Shown here in pieces: positions 1 to 14,159 of a DNA stretch of 45,936 nucleotides; position 1 is the first letter of the stretch; each line of letters opens with the position of its first letter. The notes below the pieces were generated by a model that saw only the letters and a program-made list of their open reading frames with translations, did no database searches and was not told the DNA's origin. The stretch is from Catajapyx aquilonaris (lineage: Eukaryota). Where the stretch lies: the NCBI GenBank assembly GCA_000934665.2, contig KZ538206.1, positions 62,001-107,936 on the forward strand, read 5' to 3'. The position numbers were made by a program, and so were the translations under genes.

Positions 1-1305
1 AGAACTGGCAACGGTGCTAGCTTATGAATTGCGCGTGTTTTTTGATGGAATGAAAAGGGCTTGGTTGGGGAGGGGTGGTGGTGGTGGTGGAATGATGCAT
101 TGAGCAGCTTGTTGACTTTGAGCATGCAAGGAACGTCTCGGTTCCAAGGAGATCGATGTGTAACTGAAAGGCCGGTGGGAGAGACTCTATACATGTCCAA
201 AAAGGTGCGATGCCCGTCCAGAATCCGATGCAGAATCAAACTGAATGCAAGTCGGTCGTATACAAGAGGAACTACCATATACTCAATTAGCCGAGCTGGG
301 AGTAATGGCTTTTCATTAAAAATACTCTTATATGTTGCAAATATCCTTCTGAGTTACTCATGCGTGTCGTTATATCAACCTAAATGCGCCCATGGACCAG
401 TAGGTTATTTATTTATTTATTTAATCAAATAGTTGACAAATGATAAACATAATAATATTTGTAATTTGTATTTATTGTAGGGGTAACTTTCACGTTTTCT
501 GCAGACTGCTATACAATATACTGTGTGATATGGACACAAAATATGTGGCAGTCAACCGGTCCGGTCAAAGTGTGTCTTTTTTAGGTGCCGAAATGATATC
601 ATAAACAACTTGATGTCGGGGAAGAAAACATTATGCCGCTTGATTACGATGGAGGTCACACTCCACACAAGTTCGCCTATTGGAATAGTCTCCTTCTTCG
701 CGATAGCACAAGTATGCCAGAAAAAAGGCCCTTGACTCTTTTCGGACACGTGCCGATAAAGGACACTCTATCTTTGCTAGCAGGCAATTTAAAAATTGAC
801 AACCGTTCAGCCTGAAAACCCGCAAGCAATCAGTGGAGTCGCAACTTCATTAGCCTACCTTTTCCTCATCTAACCTTAATAGTTTGAACGGTACAAAAAA
901 AAATCCTTCTTTTTTTGGAATTGATTAGAAAATCATGGAGGGGAGATGCATAATAAATTTTTGCCCGCCTGACGAAGAGCGGTATTTTTATAGTACTCGG
1001 CCATGTTGACGACGAGGGAGTTGCTATGTTAACATCATCAGAAGGGATTACACCTTCCGATAAACAGTTATAACCTAGGGTAGTAGCGGTAATCTCGTTG
1101 GTATATCAGATTCCGATAAATAGCTATCGTAGAACAATAGCAATGCCGGCAGGTACTAAAAGAGCAATAAATTGGCAAGAGACTGCCAAAATAATCAAAC
1201 AAGTTTATCCCGGAACCATAATAACGATGGCCAAGTGAGCAAGCATGGTCACAAATGGAAATTTAACTGGCGATCCGAAAATAGTATTAAGCAGGCATAA
1301 ACAAG

Positions 1306-1307
<2 letters not shown>

Positions 1308-1343
<36 letters not shown>
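1308..1343. repeat. (ATT)n microsatellite
   Basis: Read directly from the sequence. Confidence 0.95.
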
Positions 1344-1344
<1 letters not shown>

Positions 1345-1391
1345 AAACGTTTAAGCAGGCATAAATAAGCATATTGTTGTTGTTGTTGTTC

Positions 1392-1663
1392 TTTTATTAT
1401 TATTTATTTTTATGTATACCCCATTGGGAGAATCAGCGCTCCATTAGGGGGGTGGAGTACCACCATTGGATGGGGCCAAAGATAGGGAAGGAAGGAGGCG
1501 GCTGTGGCCTATTATACGGAAGCGATCCCGGAATTATCCTGGGGGGGGGGGGACCGTGGAAACCCACAGAAAACCACGTTCAGGGTTGCCGGCCCCGGGA
1601 TTCGAACCCAGGACCTCCCGATTAGCAGTCGGGCTCCTTAACCACCACACCAACTTGCTTCGG
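1392..1663 (-). mobile_element. tRNA-derived SINE (family A)
   Basis: Minus strand shows an A-box-like TGGTGTGGTGG, B box GGTTCGAATCC, a body with GTGGTTTTCTGTGGGTTTCC...AGGCCACAGCCGCCTCCTTCC, and an A-rich tail. Confidence 0.8.
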
Positions 1664-2388
1664 TATTGTTATTGTTATTATTATTGTTGTATTAGTATCC
1701 ACGGCCAGTCGACGTAAGGTAGTAGTATCGTTTGGAAAAAAGCCGGGGGTAAGTTTCTGTACCGGAAAAGCTGGAAAACTCTGGTTTGAACAACGAGCAG
1801 CCCTGCCATCATTTATATGGTAATAGCCCGCATTATAAACTCCAGTAACAGTTACCGCCTATAACCACTCCAACAACCCCCCCCCCNNNNNNNNNNNNNN
1901 NNNNNNNNNNNNNNNNNNNNNCCCCCAAATGGCCAGAATCCCATCCCGAAACACATCTTGAAATCCCTAGCATCCGCCCATTCTTGCCATTTCCCTTAAA
2001 ATTCCCCGCATAATATAAGCGACATCCCCGATATTTGCAATCAGTGCAAGTTAGCTCATAAGCAGCGCTCCATTGCATAAGCAACGTCATCCTCCTCCCC
2101 TGCAGCCTCATGCCCCGTTACAAACAGGCCGGGTGCAAGCAAGCATGTGGCAACGCAAGTACTCCAGCGCCACTGGCGGCCAGGTGCCCGAAGTCCACGG
2201 CCATTGCTGAGGGCTGCTTGGAGGGGGAGGGCTTCAGAACACAGAGAGACGCTGACTCTTCGGGTTTGGTCTGGGGTAACGCTGCCCGGTTCTGATAGAT
2301 GCGACTAGTCACGTGGACAATAGTGTGTTGTGGATGATGTTCGCGAGTGTGGGGTAGTGGTTTGGTGGGACGGAAACCGGTGGACAAG

Positions 2389-2404
2389 ATGAGGAAGATC
2401 AATG
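2389..2404 (+). CDS. ckn: Candidate alternative first coding exon of Caskin (MRKIN|V-GGMHRS)
   Basis: caagATG AGG AAG ATC AAT G|GTAAGT has a consensus phase-1 donor matching the 21821 acceptor, and an in-frame stop upstream at 2335-2337. A possible UTR acceptor (ctgcag) ends at 2105. Confidence 0.55.
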
Positions 2405-5400
2405 GTAAGTGGTGACCTTGTCAAGGCTTCCATGGTGGCGCGGGTTGATAGTATTTTTGAATAGCGCCTGGAGCGGGTTTGTTGCCACGTTGCTGACCGG
2501 ACAACTTATTGTTTGAGAGGTTCATTTCCGTCAGGCCGGATTTAATTAGTTGGAGCAAGTGACATTGGCTCGTTGGGTATTGCTACATCGGTACAGAGGA
2601 TAGGGGTGGAAAAATGCAGTCCTTGAGTGGATCTCCTTTGATGGGGAGTAGCAAGGCCTGTAATTAAGCCTGGAGCTCATTAAACACGGAAAAAAAAGCG
2701 TGGAAAATCCGTTTTACTTTCACCGAATGTGATGCCTATTTGTTTGAACTTGGCCTGTTTTCTTGGATAAGTTTTCTGCGATTTTAAACACCGATATGTA
2801 CTCGGCTCGTTAGTTACGGTTGTGCACGGTCGTGTGTTCGTACGGTGTGGTGATTACGAACCGTGGATGCTGATAGTACGATCGATAGCGAAATGTTTTA
2901 TTGCAACTCGACACAGTGTACCGGTACGGAGAAATCACATTTCAACCAAAGTGTTTCGCTTTTAAAAAATTGTGCATTAAATAATATATGACTCGACTCG
3001 TATACTATTTCATGTTTTCGCCCTTTCGGTAGACATCCTAGGTAAATATAGTGATCGCGTGACTAGTGGGGTCCAGAGATGCAGCTTTTAGGAATTCGGA
3101 CAAGGTGCTCAGAAAAAAGGGCGTGGTTTTAGCCCCAAAGTTGGGCATAAGACTCATAACTCAGGTACGGGTGTGACCATCAATATTCACCATGGCGACG
3201 GCAGGGAGGGAGGATACCGGGCGTACGACGGAATAAAACTTTGGTATTAGCCACAACCTTTGTTCCTGCTCATTTTTATGGGTTGTTCTTAATTTAAGCA
3301 ACTGCTGATTACTAATTAACATTCGTAGCGGAAACTTGACGATGCGTTTGGTCTTCGTGATCACGTGTCTTCGTGCCGCTTTCTACCGCAGTCTGACAAA
3401 ATGCAGACGTAAAGATTGACATACCCTGTACTTAAGGCACATGTAATATGATAATTCTAGCGGACGATTTTCTCTCTCTCCCCCCCGACCACACATTTTG
3501 ATGAATAATCGAGGTCGATGGAATGCGTTGGGAAGGCCGAGCGCATAACAATGCGTTTCACTGTTCTTATTTGTACATACGTTTTTCCCATATGCAAAAA
3601 CAAAAAAATCCTCACCCCGGAACATTAGCGATAAAGAGTTGATGTCACAAGAATCGATAAGCACAGTCAACGTTGACTCAGCACGATTGCGATCTAACAT
3701 TTGCAACTTTTTGGACGGATATGCGACACGTCAGTTATTTTCTTAGGCTACGTCATACGAGAATGACACGATCTAAATTTTAAATTAGCCAGTATTTAAT
3801 TTTTAAAAATTCGTGATAACAGTCCAGTGTCCTGGACCAGTCACATATGGGCCCCTAAGCTCAGCCATATTTCCCCACATACTCGTACCTGAGAATTAAT
3901 TGTTTCCGTTCACCATATGGAGGGAACATCTTGATAAGATTGAGCCATGTTGGGGATTTCCAGACCATGGACTGACGCAAATGTGTAGCCTTCACTTGCC
4001 ATGTCTTCAGTTCCATAATATACCCATCATATGGAGTAGAAACCGGTCCGATGCCGCCAAGGCGCCAGGTCGTGCATCGACACATGCGAATTACACTCCG
4101 ATGGACGTAGTGTTTTTGATACTCCCACACCCAGATGGCGCAACACTCGATCATATTTCAGGGGTTGATCTAGGTTGCACCTAGAGAAAATTCTTCTAGC
4201 AGAGCATAACAAAAAAGTTGACCTAGAAAGTCATTCTTGAAGCCAACTTTTCCCCCTGGCCTGCTGTTCCTTCCAAAATGTGGCATCACAGGGGTTGATG
4301 GTCATGCAGCCAGGGGGACTGAGGGTCGCATAGGGAGAAGACCCCTCGGTTAAGCTGCGGATGGCCTTTCTCATTTTCCTGTCCACCCCCAACAGCGCCG
4401 TCCATCATTTTCCACAGAGTTGCAACCCCCACCACTCTCGGCCCAAGGGTCACCCCGTACCTTTTGTTCCCTACCTATCATAGAGGGGAGAAAGAGACCT
4501 TCCCAATCAAGTTTCAAAGTCCCCCCTTTCGCCTGGTTCTTTCCAACAATGGTGTCACTGGCTACGCATTTTTTGGGGAAGATGCTTGCTGCTTGGGATG
4601 CATTGTCAGGGGAGGAAAAAATGGGGACGTATGTCAACTTTGTGGGGAGTTGGAAATAAGCCATTTGGGGGGGAGGGGGGGGGGGATGGTAACCTGATTC
4701 TTGGGACGAAGCGAGGTTGAGAGGGGAAACAGGATGGCAACAAAGAATGGGCAGGGGGGAAAACAAACGTATTTTTGACAATCTTATTTATTGGTCATTG
4801 ATCCTAGGTCCTTCACCCAATTGAATTCATAAGCCCCGTCACTCTAAAATATTGGAGTGCTTTTAGTTTCAAATTAGCTTAACCTTCCCCTTGAAAGGTT
4901 ACAATCGAAGATCAATCATATTGGCTCATTTTGATATTGAGTTGCGTGTATATTATTTTGTATGTTAATATTACATGATACTAGTGAGCATGATTGATCT
5001 AGGATCCTCACAACAACAGGTGGCATGATTACAATTGGCTCTTCACTAGTAATTGTGTATTGATTTCTGAATAAGACTATGCATACAGCCCCCTTTCTGC
5101 ACATGGAAATTGTCAAAATCCTGCATTCACATGCCTCCTTTTAGTGCTGATGTGAGCAGTGGATTGCAGCAAGTCCTTTAGGCACAACCATGGAGGAATT
5201 TGGGTTGTTTGATGCGTTGGAAGCACACGCTTGTGTTCTACCTAATTTTTGAGCTTCTCGTGACAAATCCTGGGAATGTTGGGAACGTCGAGTGGTACGT
5301 AGGTGTCTGCTTGCATGTTATGGATCCCTATCGTCAAAAGTACGTCCTGGGGATGGGTAGGACGTGGGGTCGCTAGTAGGAGGACAGGTGGAGGGTAGGG

Positions 5401-8400
5401 GGTGGGGAGATATCATTTTTTACGACCCTTCGCCTGACGTAATTTGAGTGGAATGATCGACAAATCATACTCCTCTGCTGGGTGAAGAGTTGTTTACCGT
5501 CATGACATGTCACTGGTCACGATACTTTGTTCTAAATCATTGCTACATCTATCGGATCATCTAATGCGAATATCATGAAGCTCGTGGAAAACACGCGTTA
5601 GGATCATTTGAGTAAGGGGGGTTGTCTCATCCAAAATTCCGGGTGGTCTAAGGATGGTGCATGACAACCTGATCAGAATAACATTAGCATATTAGCTTCT
5701 CTGGCCAATCACGCTCGAGTCCTTTTCTCCACCAATCAAATCGGCAAGCGGACCGTAACCAATCAGAATCCTTCATCCTCAGACAACCGCACGCTCGAAA
5801 CAAATAAATATATGAAGTTCAGGAAGAGGTACTCAAGGTTGAGACGACCACCTTGTCTTGTTTGGGGTAGGAGTTTGGGAGAAGGGGGTGTGATGGAGCC
5901 TAAAAGCATTAGGTGTAATAAAATTCCGAGCACGTCGTACCTGTCCGCTGCTGATGTTGCTGCCGTGCATCTTCTGGCCCCTTCCATAAAAATCTCATCG
6001 GAATGGCTCATTGATGGCGCCTAGTCGGTATTTTTTGTGGTGCCCTGTGACAACGAATTGTGCTAGGCTGGTATTTAAGAGCACCTATGGCAGAACCCAA
6101 TGAGGCGTGCTCCAATCGAGTATGTAAATGGTCCAAATATTTTTAAACGGAAGCAGGTTTATGCCTAGTTGCGTAGTTGATACAGGAGGTTGCTGGAAGA
6201 ACGAAATAGGAGAAGTATGAGTAGGCAATCTGGTTGCAAGGTGACACTGGTGTCAAGTAATAGATAAAATGATTGTTAGTACTTGCCCTACAGAGACAAG
6301 GCATCTGACAGTGACAACGTATCATACGAGTGACATTTTCGTATGTCCTTTGGTTTGTTAAAATGAGTGCAATGAATGTAGGAATGTCTTTGGCATTGTA
6401 GATAGTGAAACATGTTTTTCAACAAGAGTGACACAGTTCATATGTCAAGCTTTTTTGTGCAGTTGCAGTTTGGATCAGTGATAATGGCAAATCAATGTTC
6501 AATAGGCCCGAATAGGGTATATTGCATATTCAGCACTATCAAATGTGACATTATTTTGTAACCCCATAAGTTGGGTTACAAGAAAGATGTCCAGAAGGTG
6601 TTTTAAGATTGATTATAATGTGAGCTATGATTGATCGCTCAATGTCATCAGGCCAGTAGTGTAAAAGGTTTTCAGTACTGTTTTACCACCTCCCTTGTGC
6701 TCTTTACCATGTCAGACCTTGTACACCGACTATAATTTGTGTTATGTTACGTCTGAAAATGTCTTGACGTTCAAATGTGTACGCTCTACAACTTATTTTT
6801 AGACTTGTGCTATTGCTGCATTTTGATTTAGGATTCATAAATTCACATCCATAAGGAAGGGTTCGGTAATTTGGCAAGTAGGTAAGGTAAGGCCTTAAAA
6901 ATCAGGAAAAATTCACTGATTCCAAAGCTTTTAAGTAACAAAAGTAATATATTAGCATCAAATTATTTCAAGTTGGAGTCGGTAATTGTTTCTGATTTTT
7001 GAGACAAATGACCAACAATGTGGACGCCACCAACCAATAAGTTTTGCTACTTTGACCAGTAAAAATCGGCAAGGGGCAGGTTTTGCAGCACGCATTTTTT
7101 GTTGCCAATTATGGCGTGAGGAAATTGCACATTCCGGTTCTACCTCCTCTTTTTTTATATATATATATATTTTAAATTCTAACCCGCCTATGCCCAACCC
7201 CCTTCCACCACAGTCTCACGCTGAAGTCAAATGGTTGCAAATTGACCTCACGCACCCGAGGCCCTCCTCCATTCCAATCACACGAAGCCAGAACAATGGT
7301 GCTTTGTTGTCAGAAGAAGCGATAGCAAACGAGCTGCAGGGAACCTAAGATTCTACATCATGCGATATTTTTTTAATGGCGCCATCTATTTCGATTGATT
7401 ACAATATTCCTGGTCGTGATACCTGAACAATAAGAAGGAATTCACCAGAGTTTTTATGGACATATTGAGTTATTTACACCGTTATTAATCTTTATGGGCT
7501 TGGGAATATAGAGATGGGAAAATGTGGTAGTAGGCCGCTTTCGCCATTTTATTGGAGGATTAAAAATGAGGTGGGAAAGACTGCGATAAAAATGAAGGGT
7601 AAGATCTATGTTTATTCACGATATGGCAATAGAGGGCATCGCAGTTTGAGCCAGGGTAAAAAACCCGACAAAGGAACCAGCTTTTTCCCTGCCCCCTCTC
7701 TCACCCCCCTCCTGAGCCTTGTGTGCGCAATTAAGTCCAATCAGGCCTTGTTTGCTAGCCTGCCATTAATGACGACGGGGGCAGACGGTTGGGGAAAAAT
7801 GGGTGCGAAATGCAGCCAACCAGCAGCCATCATTCATGGGAGGATAATTCAGTAGCCACATGATCAGTCGTGTCATCATCGAGAGGGTACTAATAAGGTA
7901 TGAGGAACAAGCGTCTAATAGATGGCGCGCCTGCTTATAGCAAAAATGGCGTCCGAAAGGGGTACCAGGCATGGATTTTCTGGGATTTGAACTGGCGTGG
8001 AAGATTAGGGAAGGGTTTGCATAACGGGAGTCTTGGTCACCTTGTGACCAATGTCACATGTGGGAGAACTCACAACGTGGCCCAAGGTGGTTTTTATCAG
8101 GGATTTTCCACCGTAATCCTCTGGTGGGTCTGGCGACAGTTTACCAGCTAAGCTGACACCTTCATAACATCTCACTACAGGTAGCCCGATACCGGGGTCG
8201 GATTTCCCTATACAAAAGCAAGCCCAAATTTCCTGGTGAGGATTCTGTTCACACATGGTTGACGTCCCTAGCTTTATTATGCGTTGCGCAACATATGCTT
8301 CAACTGATTTGGGTCGTTGTACTTGACAGGTACATGCGCAACTTCATCAATGAATAGATATGCCGGGATTTGGCGGCCACTTGTTGACACTCTGTACGAA

Positions 8401-10808
8401 TCCGTGTTGTCATTTACATTCGGGTCAGTTATGCCGAAAAGGTCACAATTCCGTGATTGAGCAACAGAGTCCACGTTATATATTGTAGTCATGTAGTAGG
8501 TGCTGGCCATATTTATTCATGACCTCCTGGGCGAATTTATGGCAAGGAAGAAGTGACAGCTGCATTGTCGTACCTTTGTGCACTGGTATTCAGGAACAGG
8601 AACTCGCTCCAGATTGTTGCACCAATGAAGGGCTGGGCTATGCACCGCCAGGTGTGTTGATTATACGCCTCGGATATTTTATATATATATTTAGCAAATT
8701 GGACACATTTCACGTCGAAACGGTGGGAAAAGCCGTCCCTCTTTGCCTGACTAGGTCATTATGCAAATTGCTCCATAAATCATTAATTCGCCTGCTGCGA
8801 TAGGGCGAAGACTTATGCACGTGCCCCCACTTGATATATACGCCTCAAGAACAATTGAGATCGTTTTTTTATATATTGCCACACATCCATAAGAACGACC
8901 CCCTCCCAATTTTTTATATACATTAGTGTGTTCAATCACGACACTGCAAAATGTCTCTTCCCAGCAAAAAAGAGGTCAACTTCATTGCTTAAATTGCTGG
9001 TATCAAGAGGGAGGTTTTCAGTCAGTGGGAAAATGATACGGCATCCCAGATGATTTATTAGTATGACCCTCGGGGGTCACGTGCGAGCTCTGCCATGACA
9101 CTTTCTCTCAATGGCGATAACCCATTGTTGCCTGTCGTGCGGTGAAAATGTGGTCTTGGGAGGGGGAGCGCTTGTTTTAATAAGGTGTTGGAAGGCTGTG
9201 GGCGACTTAATAACTTCCGAGCGATACTTGCCTACATTATTAAAGCGATTGTTGATTACGGTATTTCTGACCAACAAAATGGTGTGATTAGAGTGCAAAA
9301 TGGATGGTTCCATCCAATGTCAAATGTGATTGTTTCAAATATTCTGGATTGACATGGTGTATACTCGTTAGTGAAATAGTAGGGAACGAATGCCATAAAT
9401 TGGGGTCTCCAAGGCTGTCAACAAAACTGTGCCGTGTATTTTAACCTGCACTTGCAGCTTGTTGTTTTTGGCTCCGGCATCGCCATTGTTGACACGTGTT
9501 GGAATCGGGTTCATCGTGACTAGTCGGTTGTGGAACTTTGAGTGAAATGACCCTCCCTGTTTCCACCAAGCACAAACCTAATCAGCGAAATCACCGGGGC
9601 CTCCCCTGTTAAAATATTTGCAAAACAAAAAGCGGCGTGAATCAGCGGTCCACATATATAATTATAGCCTTGCCATCGACAACTAATCCGTCAGGGAAGG
9701 TGAAAGGGCTGTCGCATCAACCATTTGACCCAGGGGCTTCAAATGATGGAGAGTCATCAATCATTCTTCATCTAGTGTCGTCTGGAACCTCCNNNNNNNC
9801 CCCCCCCCCCCCCCCTCGTAATACTATTATCAGTAGGCGCAAATCTCGTATTATTTGGGGCCATTCAATTTGCGGTTCCCAATAGAGTCAAGGAGAGGAA
9901 TCTATGATAGAGCGTACATTTTCAAGCATTTTGCAACTGTGATAAATATGTTTTCTGCTTGAATTGTTCCTATTGTGCTGGAAAATATTTGTCGTCAGGG
10001 AGTGCGAGCGGAGCCGTATTTTCTTTTTTTTGCAGACCATATTTGCAACAGAATGTGGTGACAAAGACTGACAATAATTCTGCAACGAGCCGCGTTCTAT
10101 TCTTTGGCGAACCACGTCAGAGTTATGGCGTGCTTTTTATCCTCGCGCTCCAATTGTTCCATAGAAGTGATAAAGGTGCAACATTCCCCGGCTTGTTTTC
10201 TTTTCTCTTGTTTTTTAATGCCCTTCAGTGACTGGTACTGGATTCGCTTAATCGGAGGCCTTTGTCTTCAGCATTAGGATCATTGTAATTAAAGCAGATT
10301 TTCCCTAAATTAAACCGCACTGATAAGCAGAATCAACAGCCATTAGTTTCTGGTAACCGATACCGCATTGTTAGGAAGGGGGGGGCCGGTTGCTATTATG
10401 TATACAAGAGAAGAAAGGTCTAATTTCACTGAATCATTAGCGACTCATTATGATTGTAATGTGAAGGTACAGAGCACTCAAATCATAATGACTTACGTTA
10501 CTATCAAGGCCGGACTAGATTGTCTAGCCATTTGACACGCTGTAACTTCCTGATGCTAATGTCAGTTGGGCGACTGTCATTGGCATTTTCAACTTCAACC
10601 GCATGTAGTAATTCGTGCGTTCCACTTATCCCGCACAAGACGAACAAGTGTGCCAAGTCTGGTTTGAAGACCAGTACTAGTTACGCAATACGACTCAAGA
10701 CGTATAAAAAAATGCTAGTTAGACACATACAAATGCGCTTTGTTGTATAGCCCATTTCAGAAGCGGCCTATGAAGGACTCCCAGTTTTGCATTGTGGCAT
10801 ATGATCCA

Positions 10809-10965
10809 CCAGGTTGCCAGAAAAACGGTGCTAACTACATGCACAACCTGAAATGTCGGCCATTGTTAGGTATCCAGGAAGGGTTGGATAACCCTTCCTT
10901 CCCGATTCCGGCCTGAATAACAATGGGTGTCGGTATATAGGACGTGGTCGACATGGCAACACTGG
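10809..10965. mobile_element. Possible short MITE
   Basis: Inverted ends CCAGGTTGCCA and TGGCAACACTGG; no TSD recognised. Confidence 0.3.
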
Positions 10966-13834
10966 CTGGGGTGGGGGATGGGTGGGGACTGGTGTGAACG
11001 TCTTTTTATGTTTGTTTTGAAAAGGGCCACCCTCCTGTGCTTTGCCATTCCAGGTTGGTGTTATTGAGTTTACACAAAGGGAAACTTGGGAACCTTCTTT
11101 TGCATACGGGAGGGGGACTAGGGGGGTTGCAGGAAGGGGTCAGGCAAGGGCTGGCGATTTTATTGCTCACGTGCTGGTCACTTTTTTTTTTTAGCGGAAC
11201 TACCAGCTGACCCTAACCCTGTTTTGAAATAAAATCCGATTGTAAGCCCTACATTTCTCATCCAGAACATGTGATTAATAGTTTAATACTGTGTACAAAA
11301 CATTTAAAAATTTTGATCCCACGATATCCTGGCATACATGCCACACACACTAGTGGCAGTATGGTTGCGTATGTCTCAGGATGTAATTGGGGCGTGCCCT
11401 TGTATGCAAATGTGTGGAAGGACCGGGTGGCATGGGAACTACACTTATTTAAAGCCCTCTGTGGGACACCGTGAAGAAGTGCATAAGTGGTGGGATGGGA
11501 GATTAAATTCGTCGGGTGCTTGTATTGCGTGCTGTTCGGGAAGAGTCCCGGTAGTTGATAGGGGGGAGGATGGGGAGGGGAGGGGAGGGGGAAAGGGGGC
11601 GTGTGGGGCCCCACCCAAAGAAATGAATCACGCTTCCAGTTCACCACCCCCCAGTAACATCTGATGCCCCGCGGATAATATGTAATGATTTTGTTGATGG
11701 TGTTTTTGACTCGGGTGTTATTGTTTGCCTTTTATGTTTTTGTTGCATTCACCCACACCAATTTATGGGTGGCATTATTTCTACATAATTAGGAATTTAA
11801 AATGCGATCGATTATCCAAGAGCAGTAATTGTCAATTACTAGTGACGTGCACACATTTTGCACTGTTATAGTAATTACGCTGTGTGTTTGTGGAACATGT
11901 TAGAAAAACGTCACACGTGCAGTACTATCGACACGAAACACATGGAAATGGGATTCCAGCTAAACGTATGTGAAGCACTTATGAACGTCATATTCTAGGA
12001 ATAGGAACCTAAATAATGTAAATCTACGCAGATAACTTATTTAATATCTGGGATATTAACAAACTGAAATGTCTTCATGTAGAGTTGTAGACCATACACA
12101 CAGCACATATTGTGGTGACATTCTGCACAGATGTTCCACATTTTAAAATTGCCGTCACCATTTCGAAATTATTTTTTTAAAACGTGCAGTGTGTGCCAAG
12201 ATGTATGACTCCATGTACGTTTTCTGACACTAGACAAATTCTAAGCAACATTAATTAATTAGTAGAAAGGGTGAAAAAAAATCACCGTATATGGAGGTAC
12301 ACTTGTCACCTCCCCCCCCNCCCCCCCCCCCCCTCCCATGTACCCCTCGCTCTTCCCGCTTGTCCTTAATCTGCCAATTTGAGGAGTGATTGTCCGTGTT
12401 TGAATCGTGTGTGGTGTAGCAACTCCCCCGAGCCTGGTGGGTGTGGATAAGCTAATTAAAAATAAGAACACATTCAGGGTCGACCACTTTCGAAAAAAGG
12501 CATCACGGAGTTCCGTCGGGCTCCGGCAGATGCCAGCAAAGTCGTTGGAACAGCCGCCAGACAACTGTAAACATCATCTTTTTGGTGACAAGGACGCGAT
12601 GTCGCTAGAAATTTATGACGGTTTTGTTTGCATGACTAAGTTGCAGAAAAATGAATATACAACTGATGGCCGCAATATGAACCAATCAGTAGAATGCGAT
12701 GACGGCTTGGACTTCTGGAGTTTGAACTGACTTGATAGATAGGGGAGATTATTTTGACTTACGGTAAACAATAAATGCAATATTTTGTGCGGGGGGGTTA
12801 TCGTGAGTCAAAATTATTGCACTTTGTATACCAAGCGGAGGTGGTTGTGTGGCAAGATGATGTGCACTCCGTGTAGGCGGAAGAAGGTTCCAGTCGAAGG
12901 TGATACTCAAGTGTTGTTCGCTTATACGTTGGGTAAACCTATGCTGGATGTCCGAGTCATGTAATACCACGGACATTCTCGTTAGTAGCAGTGTCGTCAA
13001 TGTGTTGGAGGCATATACTGCGGATCAGCAGATGCCCCATTGTGTCCTCATTTCTGAGAGCCTTTCCCCCTATACCGTCTGCTGCCAGACGAAGAAAGAA
13101 TTTGTAAATATTGTTGAACACGAGCCTGGCCCTGCTGAATAAAAGCGATTGTTCACAACGTAGAGGGTGTGATAATGGAGCTTATTATGGCTTGAGAGAG
13201 TCAGTTTGTCTCATCATCATAGGGAGAAGTAACCCTTTGTATCAGTTGGTATAGTTGAAGATTATAATCAGACAAAATAGGCATTGGAGAGGACTAACAG
13301 CGTCATATCAAATTGCGGTTAATATCGGAAATAATTATGAAAATAGCCAATAGCAGAGCAGGGTACTATATTGTTTTTCTGAGTTTGCCATCCTAGTAAT
13401 GTCAAATTCATAGCCTACTTGGGAATCTATATGAAATGTAGGGCACTTATTCGGGACATTGTGCACTATTGCTAAAGGCATGGTTTTCTGCAAATGCAAT
13501 ACACGCACTATTTCGAGGCTTCATTGTACAGTATGATATAGTCAGTCACACTTTTTCGGATAATTACCAGGTCTCACTACAAGTTATATTTGTAGAAGCT
13601 AAATCTATTAATAGCTGGTTTTTGTTGCAAATAATGCTAAAAAGATAGAATCTAGGTAGATTTTCAGATTATCCGTGTTTGCCGATTATCCGGCGACACC
13701 CGTGCATTCATTAGCACGGATAATCGCGGGTACGTAGTATTTTAACCTGTGTATCTCGTTTGCCATTCTTTTGCAATTTCACTTTGTAAATTCATATTAT
13801 TACGCACATTTTCCATCCAAAATAGGCGTCTGAT

Positions 13835-14159
13835 TTTTTTTTACGTTACCCCGTGATAAGGCTTAGCCTTTTTAGGGGGGTGGGATACCACCATTTTCAC
13901 TCCTTAACTTCATACACCGGTGCGAGACAAGGTTGTAGGGTATGGATTTTTTGGGGAGGGAACATAGGTGCAAGTGCAATGTCGGTAAAGGGGTCATGTA
14001 CTGTTCCCCAGGAGGTATTAGGTTGCCAGACACCTCCTTGGTGCAGGTCAGAGACCCTCCTGACGCAGGTGAAAGGAAAGTTCCCCAGGCGGGGATCGAA
14101 CCTGGGGCCTTTCACTCAGCAAGCCGAGACGTTACCATCTCGGCCATCTACACCTCCCC
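13835..14159 (-). mobile_element. tRNA-derived SINE (family B) with target-site duplication
   Basis: Minus strand shows A box TGGCCGAGATGG, B box GGTTCGATCCC and a poly(A) tail. Direct repeat GTCTGAT flanks it at 13828-13834 and 14160-14166. Confidence 0.85.

Noticed and set aside
1585..1663. tRNA-like sequences here and at about 14085-14159 and 39330-39401
   Set aside because: Each continues into a SINE body and tail (two with TSDs), so they are SINE heads rather than tRNA genes.
11561..11610. G-quadruplex-like G runs
   Set aside because: Poly-G/C tracts are common across the window and often border gaps; nothing specific supports a function.
13500..13740. GATTATCCG/CGGATAAT motifs resembling pogo-type MITE ends
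   Set aside because: No matched pair of termini or TSD could be defined.
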